A stretch of 64,000 nucleotides of DNA, taken from NCBI GenBank assembly GCA_947595585.1, contig CANQET010000008.1, positions 23,433 to 87,432 of the forward strand, read 5' to 3'. Positions 54,390-63,645 of the stretch are shown in pieces. Position numbers and translations under genes: made by a program. The DNA is from an uncultured Clostridia bacterium. Lineage in GTDB: Bacteria; Bacillota; Clostridia; Christensenellales; Borkfalkiaceae. The stretch's first letter is position 1. Each line of letters opens with the position of its first letter. Under the pieces are notes generated by a model. That model was not told the origin of the DNA, did not search any database, and was given only the letters and a program-made list of their open reading frames with translations.

Positions 54390-55782
54390 GCTCTCCTCCC
54401 GCCGTCTGCGGCGCGGATTCCGTGCGCTCGCTCTCCGCGCGCAGGATGCCGAGCATCTCGATGAAGCGGTCCCCCCGCTCTTCATAGCTGCGGAAGGCAT
54501 CGAAGCTCGCCGAGGCGGGAGAGAGCAGCACGTTTTGCCCGGGCCGTGCCGTAAGATAGGCGACGCGCACCGCCAGATCGAAGGGGCGGCAGAGCGTGAC
54601 GTTCAAAAATCCGCGCTTTAAGGCCGCATTCAGGATGCGAAAGGCGTTTTCCCCGTAGATGACGGCATGGACGACGCCCGAATCCTTGATCGCATCGAAG
54701 AGCGGCTCATAGGAATAGCCCTTATCCTTGCCGCCGAGCAGGATGACGGTCTCCCCCTTCACGCTGCCGATCGCCTTGACCGCCGAATCGACGTTGGTCG
54801 CCTTGGAGTCGTCGAGGAAGGTGACGCCGCCGAGCGTCCCCACGTTCTGGAGGCGGTGCTTCACGCCGCGGAAATTCTTGAGGGCCGTAGCGATCGCCCC
54901 GTTCTCTATGCCGAACAGCTTGGCGGCGCAGATCGCGGCGAGGGCGTTCATGCGGTTATGGTCCCCCTCGAGGCTGAGTTCGCTCTCCGCGCACACTCTC
55001 TCACCGCAGAAGCAGAAATACCCGTCTGCCATGTAGCCGCCCGCGACCTTCTCCTTCATGGAGAACCACACCGCCTTGGCCTTGGTCTTCTCGGCGAACG
55101 CCCGCACGACGGGATCATCGAAGTTCAGCACGGCATATTCGCTTTCCGCGCTGTTTTTGAGGATCCTCGCCTTGAGAAATACGTAGTTATCGAAGGTATA
55201 ATGGCGGTTGAGATGATCTTCGGTCACGTTGAGGACGACGGCTACATGCGGACGGAGGGAGTAGAGCGTCTCGAGTTGGAAGGAAGAGATCTCCGCGACG
55301 GCGATCCCGTCCTCCCCGAGCTCCTCGATGCAGGAAGTAATGGGCCTCCCCACATTCCCGCACGCGACCGCATTCTTGCCGCCTGCCTTGAAGATGCCCT
55401 CGAGCATGGAGACGGTCGTCGTCTTGCCGTTGGTCCCCGTGACGGCGACGATGGGACAGCGCAGTGCGAGCGCCCCGAGTTCGCTCTCCCCCACGATACG
55501 CTTGCCCGCCCGCTTGAAGGAGACGGGAAGCGGGTGATCGACGGGGATCCCCGGGCTCAAGACGAGGATATCGCACTTCTCCGCCCTCTCTTCGAGCTCG
55601 TTGGGGCCGACGGGCACACAGCCGATCGCGGCGAGTTTGGCCTTCGCCGCACGGACGTTCTCGTCGTCGAGGTCGTCGTAGAGATATACGCCGCCCGCAT
55701 GCCGTGCGACAAGGTACTCCGCCGCCGAGATCCCCGAACGGGACAAGCCCGCGACGAGGAAATTCTGCCGTTCAAATAACAT
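54376..55782 (-). CDS. murD: UDP-N-acetylmuramoylalanine--D-glutamate ligase
   Basis: Mur ligase GTNGKTT P-loop, MurD-type N-terminal Rossmann domain. Confidence 0.9.
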   Translation of the reverse strand: MLFERQNFLVAGLSRSGISAAEYLVARHAGGVYLYDDLDDENVRAAKAKLAAIGCVPVGPNELEERAEKCDILVLSPGIPVDHPLPVSFKRAGKRIVGESELGALALRCPIVAVTGTNGKTTTVSMLEGIFKAGGKNAVACGNVGRPITSCIEELGEDGIAVAEISSFQLETLYSLRPHVAVVLNVTEDHLNRHYTFDNYVFLKARILKNSAESEYAVLNFDDPVVRAFAEKTKAKAVWFSMKEKVAGGYMADGYFCFCGERVCAESELSLEGDHNRMNALAAICAAKLFGIENGAIATALKNFRGVKHRLQNVGTLGGVTFLDDSKATNVDSAVKAIGSVKGETVILLGGKDKGYSYEPLFDAIKDSGVVHAVIYGENAFRILNAALKRGFLNVTLCRPFDLAVRVAYLTARPGQNVLLSPASASFDAFRSYEERGDRFIEMLGILRAESERTESAPQTAGGELESE

Positions 55783-55810
55783 ACTTGCTCCTTTTCCCCC
55801 GCGCGGGGGA

Positions 55811-56761
55811 TCAGACGAGCGGCAGGATCAGCGTTGCGCCCACGACCGCGGTCAGCACGGCATAGGTATAGGAGATCTTGCTCTCCGCGTACCCCTTCTG
55901 CTGAAAATGGTGGTGGATGGGCGCCATCCGAAAGATCCGCTTGCCCGTTTTTTTATAGTATATTACCTGAAGAATGACGGATATGCTTGAAAGTACAAAA
56001 GCAAACCCCGCAAGCGGAAGAATGAGGGCGTTGCCCGAAAAGAGCGCAAGGCTTGCGGAAAAGCCCCCGAGGGAGAGCGAGCCCGTATCGCCCATAAAGA
56101 TGCTTGCCCGCGCCGTATTGAAGATGAGATAGGCCGCAAGCGCCCCCGAAAGTGCGATCGCAAGCAGCGAAGAACTTCCCCCATCCTGCAAAAAGATGAG
56201 GGCGCCGAGCGTCGAGAAGAAGCACATCGAGACCGAGCCCGCAAGGCCGTCGAGCCCGTCGGTCAGGTTGACGGAGTTGACGGTCGCCAGGAAGACGAAG
56301 AGGCCGAGCGGGAACATCCACCAGCCGATATCGAAGGAGATCTGCGTATACGGGATACGCAGCAGCGTGTAGCCCTGCGTGCAACAGGCAACGCCCGCGA
56401 TCAAGGCGACCGCGAGCTGGAAGAAGATCTTCTGATAGGGGCGAAGCCCGAGATTAGTGCCGCGGAGCTTCTTTAGTAGGTCGTCGAGAAAGCCGACGAG
56501 AAGATATCCAAGCCCCACCGCGAGGGAGATCCAAAAGGGCTTGTCCGCCCCGCGCGCAAAGGCCGCCGCGGCAATGCATGCCGCAGGCAGAAAGGCGAGC
56601 CCGCCCATCGTAGGCGTCCCGCTCTTATCTTTGTGCTCCTTCACATAGGAGAGGATGTTCTGCCCCGCTTTGAGGCGGCGAAGCAGCGGGATCGCCGCCA
56701 TGCAGAAGACGAGGGAAAGCGCAAACGCAACGAGAAATACGACAAAGAGCCGACGCATCAT
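55811..56761 (-). CDS. mraY: Phospho-N-acetylmuramoyl-pentapeptide transferase
   Basis: polytopic; NLTDGLDGLA and PIHHHF motifs. Confidence 0.95.
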   Translation of the reverse strand: MMRRLFVVFLVAFALSLVFCMAAIPLLRRLKAGQNILSYVKEHKDKSGTPTMGGLAFLPAACIAAAAFARGADKPFWISLAVGLGYLLVGFLDDLLKKLRGTNLGLRPYQKIFFQLAVALIAGVACCTQGYTLLRIPYTQISFDIGWWMFPLGLFVFLATVNSVNLTDGLDGLAGSVSMCFFSTLGALIFLQDGGSSSLLAIALSGALAAYLIFNTARASIFMGDTGSLSLGGFSASLALFSGNALILPLAGFAFVLSSISVILQVIYYKKTGKRIFRMAPIHHHFQQKGYAESKISYTYAVLTAVVGATLILPLV

Positions 56762-58191
56762 CTGTTCTCCAAGATCCGTTTTACGACAGCTTTGTCGTTA
56801 TAGGAATACTTTATTCCCATGATCTCCTGTTCGGTCTCTCCCCCCTTGCCCGCGAGGAGCAAGACGTCCCCCTTTCCGAGCAGTCCGATCGCGAGCGCAG
56901 TCGCCTTCTCCCGCTCTTCGATGGCGATATATTCGCGCGTTACGCCCTTGAGCCCCCCTTCGATCTCGGAGATGATCTCCGCGGGGTCCTCGTAGCGCGG
57001 ATTATCCGAGGTGAGCACGATAAAATCGGCGAGTTTGCCCGCGATCTCCCCCATAAGCGGCCGCTTTTCACGGTCGCGGTTGCCTCCGCAGCCGAAGAGC
57101 AGGATGAGCCGCCCCTCGCAGTACGGCCGCAGGGAGAGAAGCGCCTTTTGGATGCCGTCGGGCGTGTGGGCAAAGTCCACGAAGATCTCCGCCCCGCGGA
57201 AGCTCGCGATATGCTCCAACCTTCCCTCGACGCGCGTCCGTTCGAGTCCCGCGGCAATCGCGCGCATCTCCGCCCCGAGCTTTCTTGCTGCCGTCGCCGC
57301 CGCAAGCGCATTGGCGATGTTGTGCCGCCCCGTCATGGGAAGATCGACTTCGACGAGATCGTCTTCGAGGTTCAGAAGAAAGCGTGCGCCCGTGATCTCT
57401 TCGCTCTCCACCATGGCGAAGCAATCCGCGGGCGAATCCAGCCCGTAAGTCGTGGCGGGAAGATCTTCGGGCAGCGTGCGGCTGAAAGGGTCGTCCGCAT
57501 TGAGCACGGCGAAGCGGCAGGCCTCCTTGGTGAAGAGACGGCGCTTGGCGTCGCCGTACGCCTGCATATCCCCGAAAAAGTCGAGATGATCTTGCGTAAA
57601 ATTGGTGAAGATCGCGATCTCGTAGCAGATGGGCACCGTCTTACGGAGTGCGAGCGCATGCGCCGAGACCTCCATCACGACCGTCGTCACCCCGCTCTTC
57701 TGCATGTCCGCGAGCAGGGAAAAGAGCGAGACGGGGTCGGGCGTCGTGAGGACGGGCGGCACGACGGTCCCCGAGAAGCGGGCGCCGAGCGTTCCGATGA
57801 GCCCCGCGCATTCCCCGTTTGCCGAGAGGATCTCGAAGAGCATGTGGGAGACCGTCGTCTTGCCGTTGGTCCCCGTGACGCCGACAAGGCGCATCTTCCG
57901 CTCGGGATGGCCGTAGAAAGCGGCCGAGATCTGTGCCATGGCGGCACGGGCATCGGGCACGATGAGCCGCGGGATTTGCACTTCGGGGGAATATTCGCAT
58001 ACGACTGCGGCCGCCCCCCGCGCTTCGGCCTCTGCGGCGAGCAGATGAGAATCGGTCTCCGTGCCCTTCAGACAGAAGAAGAGATCCCCCTCTCCCGCGA
58101 CGCGGCTGTCCGTACACAGCGAAAGGATCTGTGCGTCTCCTCCGACAAGTTCGGCATTGGTGAGTTCCATAGCAAGTTCGCTGAGTTTCAT
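56758..58191 (-). CDS. murE: UDP-N-acetylmuramoyl-L-alanyl-D-glutamate--2,6-diaminopimelate ligase
   Basis: GVTGTNGKTT P-loop and a candidate DAP-type DNPR motif (TSDNPRYE); start ATG 58191 after GGGAGG. Confidence 0.85.
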   Translation of the reverse strand: MKLSELAMELTNAELVGGDAQILSLCTDSRVAGEGDLFFCLKGTETDSHLLAAEAEARGAAAVVCEYSPEVQIPRLIVPDARAAMAQISAAFYGHPERKMRLVGVTGTNGKTTVSHMLFEILSANGECAGLIGTLGARFSGTVVPPVLTTPDPVSLFSLLADMQKSGVTTVVMEVSAHALALRKTVPICYEIAIFTNFTQDHLDFFGDMQAYGDAKRRLFTKEACRFAVLNADDPFSRTLPEDLPATTYGLDSPADCFAMVESEEITGARFLLNLEDDLVEVDLPMTGRHNIANALAAATAARKLGAEMRAIAAGLERTRVEGRLEHIASFRGAEIFVDFAHTPDGIQKALLSLRPYCEGRLILLFGCGGNRDREKRPLMGEIAGKLADFIVLTSDNPRYEDPAEIISEIEGGLKGVTREYIAIEEREKATALAIGLLGKGDVLLLAGKGGETEQEIMGIKYSYNDKAVVKRILENR

Positions 58192-58192
58192 A

Positions 58193-59890
58193 TCACGCCT
58201 CCCGCGGCGATAGGTCCATGATTTTGATGATGCCTTCGAAGATCTCCTTTGCAAGCGGCGCGGCGACGGTCGAGCCGTAATATCCCCCCTGCGGTTCGTC
58301 GACGATGACGAGCGCAAGGTATGCGGGACGGTCGGCGGGAAAGTAGCCGAGGAAGGAAGAGACGTATTTCCCCTGTGCAATCGCACCGTTTTCGTACTTT
58401 TGGGCGGTCCCCGTCTTCCCCGCGACGCGGTATCCCTCGATGTATGCCTTCTTTCCGCTCCCGTCGCGGACGACCCCCTCGAGCATCCCCGAGAGCATGG
58501 CCGAAGCCTCGGGGCTCACCGTGTGCCCGACGAGCGTAGCGTTCAGCTTTTCACGTACGGCGCCGTCCGCGGAGCAAATCTCGGAGACGAGGCGGGGTGC
58601 ATAGTAGTTTCCGCCGTTGATGGCGGAGGCCGCCGCACAGGCGAGCTGCAGCGGGGTGACGGCGATCGTCTGCCCGAAGCCGATGCGCGCGAGGTCGCAA
58701 TCGCGGATGGTCGAACCGGGGAGGAGCATGCCGATGGCTTCCCCCGAGAAATCCAGCCCCGTCGCCCGCCCGAAGCGGAAGGCGGAGAGGTAATCATAGA
58801 AACATTGCTTCCCGAGGGCGAGTGCGATATCGACGAAGCAGGGATTGCAGCTGTTGTTGAGCGCTTCGGCGAGGGTCTGGTTGGCGTGTTTGCCGTTCTT
58901 GTGGTCGCTCCAGCACTTGATCGTCGTCCCGTCCACCGTGCGCGTCCTTGCGCTCGAGAAGATGCGGTTCGGCGGGATCGCATCGGGATTGCCCTTCAGA
59001 TATTCGTTGATGGTGGCGGCCGCGGTCACGATCTTGAAGGTCGAGCCCGGCTCATAGATATCCGAAACGAGGCAGTTCCGCGAGAGGGCGTTGAGCGTAT
59101 CGAGATCGTCGCGCGGGACGTCGTTTAAGTCATATGAGGGAAGATTTACCATGGCACGGACCGAAAAATCCATGGGATCGAGGACGATCGCACGCGCCGC
59201 CTTTGCCGAATGCTCCTCGAGCGCACGCGCCATCACGTCTTCGGCGAGCGCCTGGATGCGGGAATCGATCGTGAGGCGGAGATCCAGCCCGTCGGTCGCG
59301 GGGAGATAGGCCGCCGCGGCGCCTTCGAGGTCGACGCCCACGAGATCGGTCTCGAAGAGGATCTCCCCGCTCTCCCCCGCGAGGTATTCGTTGTAAAAAC
59401 GCTCCAAGCCCGTCGTCCCCGAGCGGTCGAAGGCGGTGAATCCGATCACCTGCGCGGCGAGACTTCCGTAGGGATAGAAACGGGCGTCGTTGCGGGCGTA
59501 ATATACCCCCTTGATCTCATGCGCCGCGAGCTGTTCCACCGTCTCCTTTTCGGTGCGGCGGACGATGGAGATCTCCGAGCGCGTGCGGTCGGTCAGTTTT
59601 TTGAGGACGTCTTCATAGGGCTGCCCGATGAGCGAAGAAAGGAGCTCGGCGCTCGATTCGGCGTCCTCTACGGCGTTCGCACGCGCAAAGATGCCGTATT
59701 GCGCCACATTCCCCGCGAGAAGCACGCCGTTGCGGTCGAGGATACGGCCGCGGCCCGCGTGTACGGGGATCTCGCGCGTCCATTGGTCGAGGGCGCGGTA
59801 GTGCAGTTCATCCTCCCAAATGAGCTGGATATAGAAGAAACGGCCCAAAAAAATGCAAAAAAGAAAGGTTATCGCTGCAAGCACAGCCAA
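58193..59890 (-). CDS. Class B penicillin-binding protein (FtsI/PBP2B/SpoVD-like transpeptidase)
   Basis: STFK, SCN and KTGT motifs; TTG start 59890 preceded by AAGAGG. Confidence 0.9.
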   Translation of the reverse strand: MAVLAAITFLFCIFLGRFFYIQLIWEDELHYRALDQWTREIPVHAGRGRILDRNGVLLAGNVAQYGIFARANAVEDAESSAELLSSLIGQPYEDVLKKLTDRTRSEISIVRRTEKETVEQLAAHEIKGVYYARNDARFYPYGSLAAQVIGFTAFDRSGTTGLERFYNEYLAGESGEILFETDLVGVDLEGAAAAYLPATDGLDLRLTIDSRIQALAEDVMARALEEHSAKAARAIVLDPMDFSVRAMVNLPSYDLNDVPRDDLDTLNALSRNCLVSDIYEPGSTFKIVTAAATINEYLKGNPDAIPPNRIFSSARTRTVDGTTIKCWSDHKNGKHANQTLAEALNNSCNPCFVDIALALGKQCFYDYLSAFRFGRATGLDFSGEAIGMLLPGSTIRDCDLARIGFGQTIAVTPLQLACAAASAINGGNYYAPRLVSEICSADGAVREKLNATLVGHTVSPEASAMLSGMLEGVVRDGSGKKAYIEGYRVAGKTGTAQKYENGAIAQGKYVSSFLGYFPADRPAYLALVIVDEPQGGYYGSTVAAPLAKEIFEGIIKIMDLSPREA

Positions 59891-59952
59891 TAACCTCTTT
59901 TGTAAGACAGAGAAAGAAAATTCCGTCTTTTTGATGTTGTTGTCCCCCTACT

Positions 59953-60690
59953 TCAGTTTCCCGTCACGAGGCCGTGATCGGAAGCCCATTGGTCGACGTT
60001 ATCGGGATCGGTGATATCTTCGATCTGCTGTTCCACTCTGCGGGTATTGCGGACGATCTCACCGAGGCGGTTCTCCTTGGCGGCGATGTCGCGGTTGAGC
60101 GATCCGAGGACCGCATTGTTCACGCAGATGATGACGAGCGACACGATAAATGCGGAGATGAGTGCGAAAAGTACGAGTTTGGTGCGCGTCGAGAGCGCGG
60201 CGAAGAAGCCGACTTTCTCGTTGACGACGTATTCCGCCGAAGGCGCGGGCGCATGATTGATGGTGCCCATCGTGCGGGGCGTGGGAAGCGCGTCTTCATC
60301 GCTCGACTCGGCCGTAGGCGCCATGACGGGCTGCATCTCGATGGGTGCGGAATAGGATGCCTCGGGCTCCGACGCTTCACGGGCGCCCCAATACATCGCC
60401 GCACGCGTATCGGTATACATCGCATAGCGGTTATGCTCGGCGATGCGCTCGACGTTCTCCATTCCGGGGTCGATCGTATAGTGCGCGGGGCGCTCTTCCT
60501 TGGGCGCATATGCAGGCGCGGGAGCAGGCGCGGGCGCCGCCGTATAGCTGCCGGCGACGGGCGCTTCGGCCTCCTCGACTTCCGCCGTGGGAGAAGCGAG
60601 GTCAAGCAGACGGCGATAATTATCCGAGATCTGTTTTTTATGCTCTTGTTCTTCTATTGTGACTTCCCGTTCTAACAAAGCTTCCGCCAT
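59953..60690 (-). CDS. FtsL-like division protein with long disordered N-terminal extension
   Basis: single TM (LVLFALISAFIVSLVIICV) followed by coiled-coil-like segment; dcw slot between rsmH and pbp. Confidence 0.5.
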   Translation of the reverse strand: MAEALLEREVTIEEQEHKKQISDNYRRLLDLASPTAEVEEAEAPVAGSYTAAPAPAPAPAYAPKEERPAHYTIDPGMENVERIAEHNRYAMYTDTRAAMYWGAREASEPEASYSAPIEMQPVMAPTAESSDEDALPTPRTMGTINHAPAPSAEYVVNEKVGFFAALSTRTKLVLFALISAFIVSLVIICVNNAVLGSLNRDIAAKENRLGEIVRNTRRVEQQIEDITDPDNVDQWASDHGLVTGN

Positions 60691-60730
60691 GACCCTTTCT
60701 CCTTATAAATGTATTCTCACGGATGCGCAT

Positions 60731-61663
60731 TCATTCGATTTTTTCCGCGATCCTGAGTTTTGCGCTTTTGCTGCGCGTATTTTCTTCTTTTTCCCGCTCC
60801 GAAGCCACGATGGGCTTCTTCGTGAGGATCTCGATCTGCTGCCGCTTTCCGCACACGCAGACGGGAAAACTCTTGGGGCACTCACAGCCGCATGCAAGCT
60901 CCTTGAATGCCTGTTTTACGATCCTATCCTCCAGCGAATGGAAGGTGAGGATGCAAGCGCGGCCGCCCTTTTTGAGGATGCCCATTAGGCCGAGGATACA
61001 TTCGTATAACCCGTCGAGCTCTCCGTTGACTTCGATCCTGATCGCTTGGAACACCTTCCGCGCACAGGCGGGAGAGCGGTACTTCGGCGGGATCGCAGCT
61101 TCGGTCAGCCGTTCGAGCTCGCCCGTCGTTGCGATGCGCTGTTTTTCCCGCGCTCTTACGATATTTCTTGCGACGGCCCCCGCAAACGTCTCTTCCCCGT
61201 ATTCGCGGAAGATGCGCCGAAGGGCCTCCTCGGAGTAGGTGTTCACGACCTCCTCCGCCGTGAGTTTTGCGCGTGTATCCATGCGCATGTCGAGCGGAGC
61301 CTGCTGCATCCTATAGCCAAAGCCGCGGGATTCCGTATTGACCTGATGCGAGCTCAGGCCCAAATCGAGGAGGAACCCGTCGAGCTGCGTGACCCCCGCT
61401 TCCTGCAGGACCTCTCTATAGCATTTGAAGTCCGTCCGAAAGAGAGAAAATCTTCCCGCATAGGGCGCGAGTGCCCGCTCGGCTTCGGCGATCGCATCGC
61501 CGTCTTTATCCGTCGCGATCAGCCGCACCGTAGGGTCTGCGGCAAGGATGGCGCCCGAATGCCCCGATCCGCCCAATGTCCCGTCGAAGTAGACCCCGCC
61601 GCGGCGAATGTTCAGCCCCGCGAGGACCTCATCGACCATGATCGGACGGTGGTACTCACTCAT
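60731..61663 (-). CDS. rsmH: 16S rRNA (cytosine1402-N4)-methyltransferase
   Basis: HRPIMVDEVL...DGTLGGSGHS MraW motifs; start ATG 61663. Confidence 0.95.
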   Translation of the reverse strand: MSEYHRPIMVDEVLAGLNIRRGGVYFDGTLGGSGHSGAILAADPTVRLIATDKDGDAIAEAERALAPYAGRFSLFRTDFKCYREVLQEAGVTQLDGFLLDLGLSSHQVNTESRGFGYRMQQAPLDMRMDTRAKLTAEEVVNTYSEEALRRIFREYGEETFAGAVARNIVRAREKQRIATTGELERLTEAAIPPKYRSPACARKVFQAIRIEVNGELDGLYECILGLMGILKKGGRACILTFHSLEDRIVKQAFKELACGCECPKSFPVCVCGKRQQIEILTKKPIVASEREKEENTRSKSAKLRIAEKIE

Positions 61664-62135
61664 CTTGTGCGGGAGCGCTCTCCTCCGCCTTCGCCGCAAG
61701 GGCGGCACGGCGCTTCTTGTAATACGCCGCATTCGCCTGCTTGACGGTCATAGAGGTGCGCTTGACTTCGTAGCGGTCGCGGTCCCAGACTTCGACGAAA
61801 TCCATGAAGCCCACGGAGACGACGTCCTTCTTGAGCCCCGCGATCTCGCGGTAGTGCTTGGGAATGACGATGCGCCCCTGCGCGTCTTGCTCTACGGGCA
61901 TGACCGAGGCAAAGATCACGCGCATAGCGTCCATGAATTCTTCGTCGTCGGGATCGAAATCTTCTTCGCTGCCGATCCTGCGGTTCTTGACCGATTCGGG
62001 CATGATGGAGATGCAGCCGGGCGCGTATTCGACAAAATACAACTTCTCCCCCTTCGGAAATTCCGAAAGGAAAGCGTTCGGTATTCTGATCCGAAACTTG
62101 TCGTCGATCTGGTGATCGACTCTTCCGCCGAGCAT
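61656..62135 (-). CDS. mraZ: Transcriptional regulator MraZ
   Basis: two DxxxR-type SpoVT-AbrB repeats (DDKFRIRIP, DAQGRIVIP); start ATG 62135 after GAGGGAGA. Confidence 0.9.
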   Translation of the reverse strand: MLGGRVDHQIDDKFRIRIPNAFLSEFPKGEKLYFVEYAPGCISIMPESVKNRRIGSEEDFDPDDEEFMDAMRVIFASVMPVEQDAQGRIVIPKHYREIAGLKKDVVSVGFMDFVEVWDRDRYEVKRTSMTVKQANAAYYKKRRAALAAKAEESAPAQDE

Positions 62136-62189
62136 CTTCTTTCTCCCTCTTCGGTGCTCTCGGGCACCGCACGATCTGAACTTGTCCCC

Positions 62190-62218
62190 ATTATAGCACG
62201 GCCGATTTGGCTTGTCAA
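62190..62218 (-). promoter_or_regulatory. dcw (mraZ) promoter
   Basis: minus strand TTGACA-N17-TGcTATAAT. Confidence 0.65.
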
Positions 62219-62232
62219 CCACAAATGCCCAC
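62218..62232 (-). promoter_or_regulatory. Putative MraZ operator repeats
   Basis: minus strand GTGGG-N5-GTGGT (10-bp register) abutting/overlapping -35. Confidence 0.4.
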
Positions 62233-62264
62233 TTTTTTTCGCAAAACAGAAAAAAATTTCGAAC

Positions 62265-63047
62265 TTATTGAAAACAAATGTTCGTAAAATAGGTAACTTC
62301 GTTCAATTTTGCAGAATTTCCAAGGAATACGACACGTTTTTTGTGATATCCAAACAAATTTTCGCGGGGTCGTTCGTGGTTACAAAGTGTTCTCAAATGG
62401 TTTTCATTCCCCATTCCGAGCACATCGGCGAGGCGCTCCGCCGTCCCCTCTGCGCCGTCGAACACCTCCTGTCCGTAAAATGCGGCGATCTCACGGCGGA
62501 GAAGGGCGTAGTGCGTGCAGCCAAGCACGATGCAATCGCCGCGGGCGGGAGGCAGTTCTTTTTGCAGATCTACGCGCTTCCCGTAGGGAAGCGCTTCCTC
62601 GATCGCGGCGGCAAGATGCGGAAGCGGCGTCACGATGAACTCCCGCTCGGGGAAACGGGAGATGAGGCGGGCAAGGCGGGCGCTTCGTGCGGTCAGAGGC
62701 GTTGCGAGGACCTGCACCCGCAGGTAGCGCAAAGCGGCGGGCTTTACGGCGGGTTCCACACCGACGACGGGGACTTGAAACGTGCGGCGGACCTCCTCGA
62801 TGCAGACGACCGTCGCCGTGTTGCAGGCGAGGACGACGGCATCCGCCCCGTATTCGGTGAGCCGCTTCACGCCGCGCAGCACGAGGGAGCGCACCGCATG
62901 TTCGGGCAAAGCGCCGTAGGGCGCATGTTCGTTGTCGCCCAAATAGCAGAACTTCGCATCGGGCAGACGCCGCATACACGCCGCAAGGACGGAGAGCCCG
63001 CCCAGCCCGCTATCGAACACTCCGACCGTAAAATTCCCCTTTTCCAT
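62265..63047 (-). CDS. murI: Glutamate racemase
   Basis: VGVFDSGLGGLSV and LGCTHY motifs. Confidence 0.9.
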   Translation of the reverse strand: MEKGNFTVGVFDSGLGGLSVLAACMRRLPDAKFCYLGDNEHAPYGALPEHAVRSLVLRGVKRLTEYGADAVVLACNTATVVCIEEVRRTFQVPVVGVEPAVKPAALRYLRVQVLATPLTARSARLARLISRFPEREFIVTPLPHLAAAIEEALPYGKRVDLQKELPPARGDCIVLGCTHYALLRREIAAFYGQEVFDGAEGTAERLADVLGMGNENHLRTLCNHERPRENLFGYHKKRVVFLGNSAKLNEVTYFTNICFQ

Positions 63048-63109
63048 ACAATTCCCCCCTCTTTTTCTGTTTTTTCGGAAATTTTTTCTATAATAGTAGG
63101 GAAAAACAG

Positions 63110-63138
63110 TTTACATCGCCGCAAATTTATGCTAAAAT
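63110..63138 (+). promoter_or_regulatory. rpsT promoter
   Basis: TTTACA-N17-TGcTAAAAT. Confidence 0.55.
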
Positions 63139-63177
63139 TACGTAGTTAAGAAAGAAGCAACCAAAGGAGTAAATACC

Positions 63178-63444
63178 GTGCCCAACATCAAATCCGCAAA
63201 AAAACGCGTTCTTGTGACCAAAAAGAAGACGATGGAAAATAAGTCGTTGAAGTCCGAACTCAAGACCACGATCAAGAAGTTCCTCGCAGCCGTCGCCGCG
63301 GGCGACAAGGCGCTTGCCGAGAAGCTCTATCCCGAGACCGTCTCCATGATCGATACGGCTGCCGGGAAAGGGATCATCCACAAGAACAACGCAGATAACA
63401 AGAAGGCGAAGCTCGCGAAGAAGCTCAACTCCCTCGCCTCCTGA
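63178..63444 (+). CDS. rpsT: 30S ribosomal protein S20
   Basis: PNIKSAKKRV N-terminus; GTG start after AAAGGAG. Confidence 0.95.
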   Translation: MPNIKSAKKRVLVTKKKTMENKSLKSELKTTIKKFLAAVAAGDKALAEKLYPETVSMIDTAAGKGIIHKNNADNKKAKLAKKLNSLAS

Positions 63445-63467
63445 TCTTTTGGCCTGTAAGATCCGCG

Positions 63468-63494
63468 GCGTCCCGCATTTCGGGGCGCTTTTTT
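63468..63494 (+). terminator. rpsT terminator
   Basis: GCGTCCCG-cattt-CGGGGCGC stem plus T6. Confidence 0.7.
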
Positions 63495-63568
63495 GCGTAG
63501 TGCACCCTCTTTCCATGTTATAATATGTCATATTGTGCGCGTATGCGCGCATGTAGCTCATTTTTTGT

Positions 63569-63595
63569 TCCGCACGATCATGTGCGGATTTTTTT
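63569..63595 (+). terminator. Orphan rho-independent terminator (end of candidate small transcript)
   Basis: TCCGCAC-gatcat-GTGCGGA stem plus T7, no CDS upstream. Confidence 0.65.
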
Positions 63596-63616
63596 CTATA
63601 GAAATACGTGAAACGG

Positions 63617-63645
63617 TTGACAAAGCGCTGCGTTCGTACTATACT
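63617..63645 (+). promoter_or_regulatory. Promoter of the XRE regulator gene
   Basis: TTGACA-N17-TATACT. Confidence 0.55.

Noticed and set aside
59890-59935. Possible non-canonical ATC start (AGGGGGA SD 7 nt upstream) giving the PBP a 15-aa cytoplasmic tail (KKTEFSFSVLQKRL)
   Set aside because: ATC initiation is very rare. The in-frame TTG at 59890 has its own AAGAGG SD and gives a plausible N-terminal TM anchor. It cannot be decided without N-terminal proteomics.
63525-63611. 28-aa ORF (MSYCARMRACSSFFVPHDHVRIFFYRNT) in the candidate sRNA region
   Set aside because: The ATG begins 1 nt after the -10 hexamer, upstream of any plausible TSS. It runs through the terminator hairpin and has no SD.
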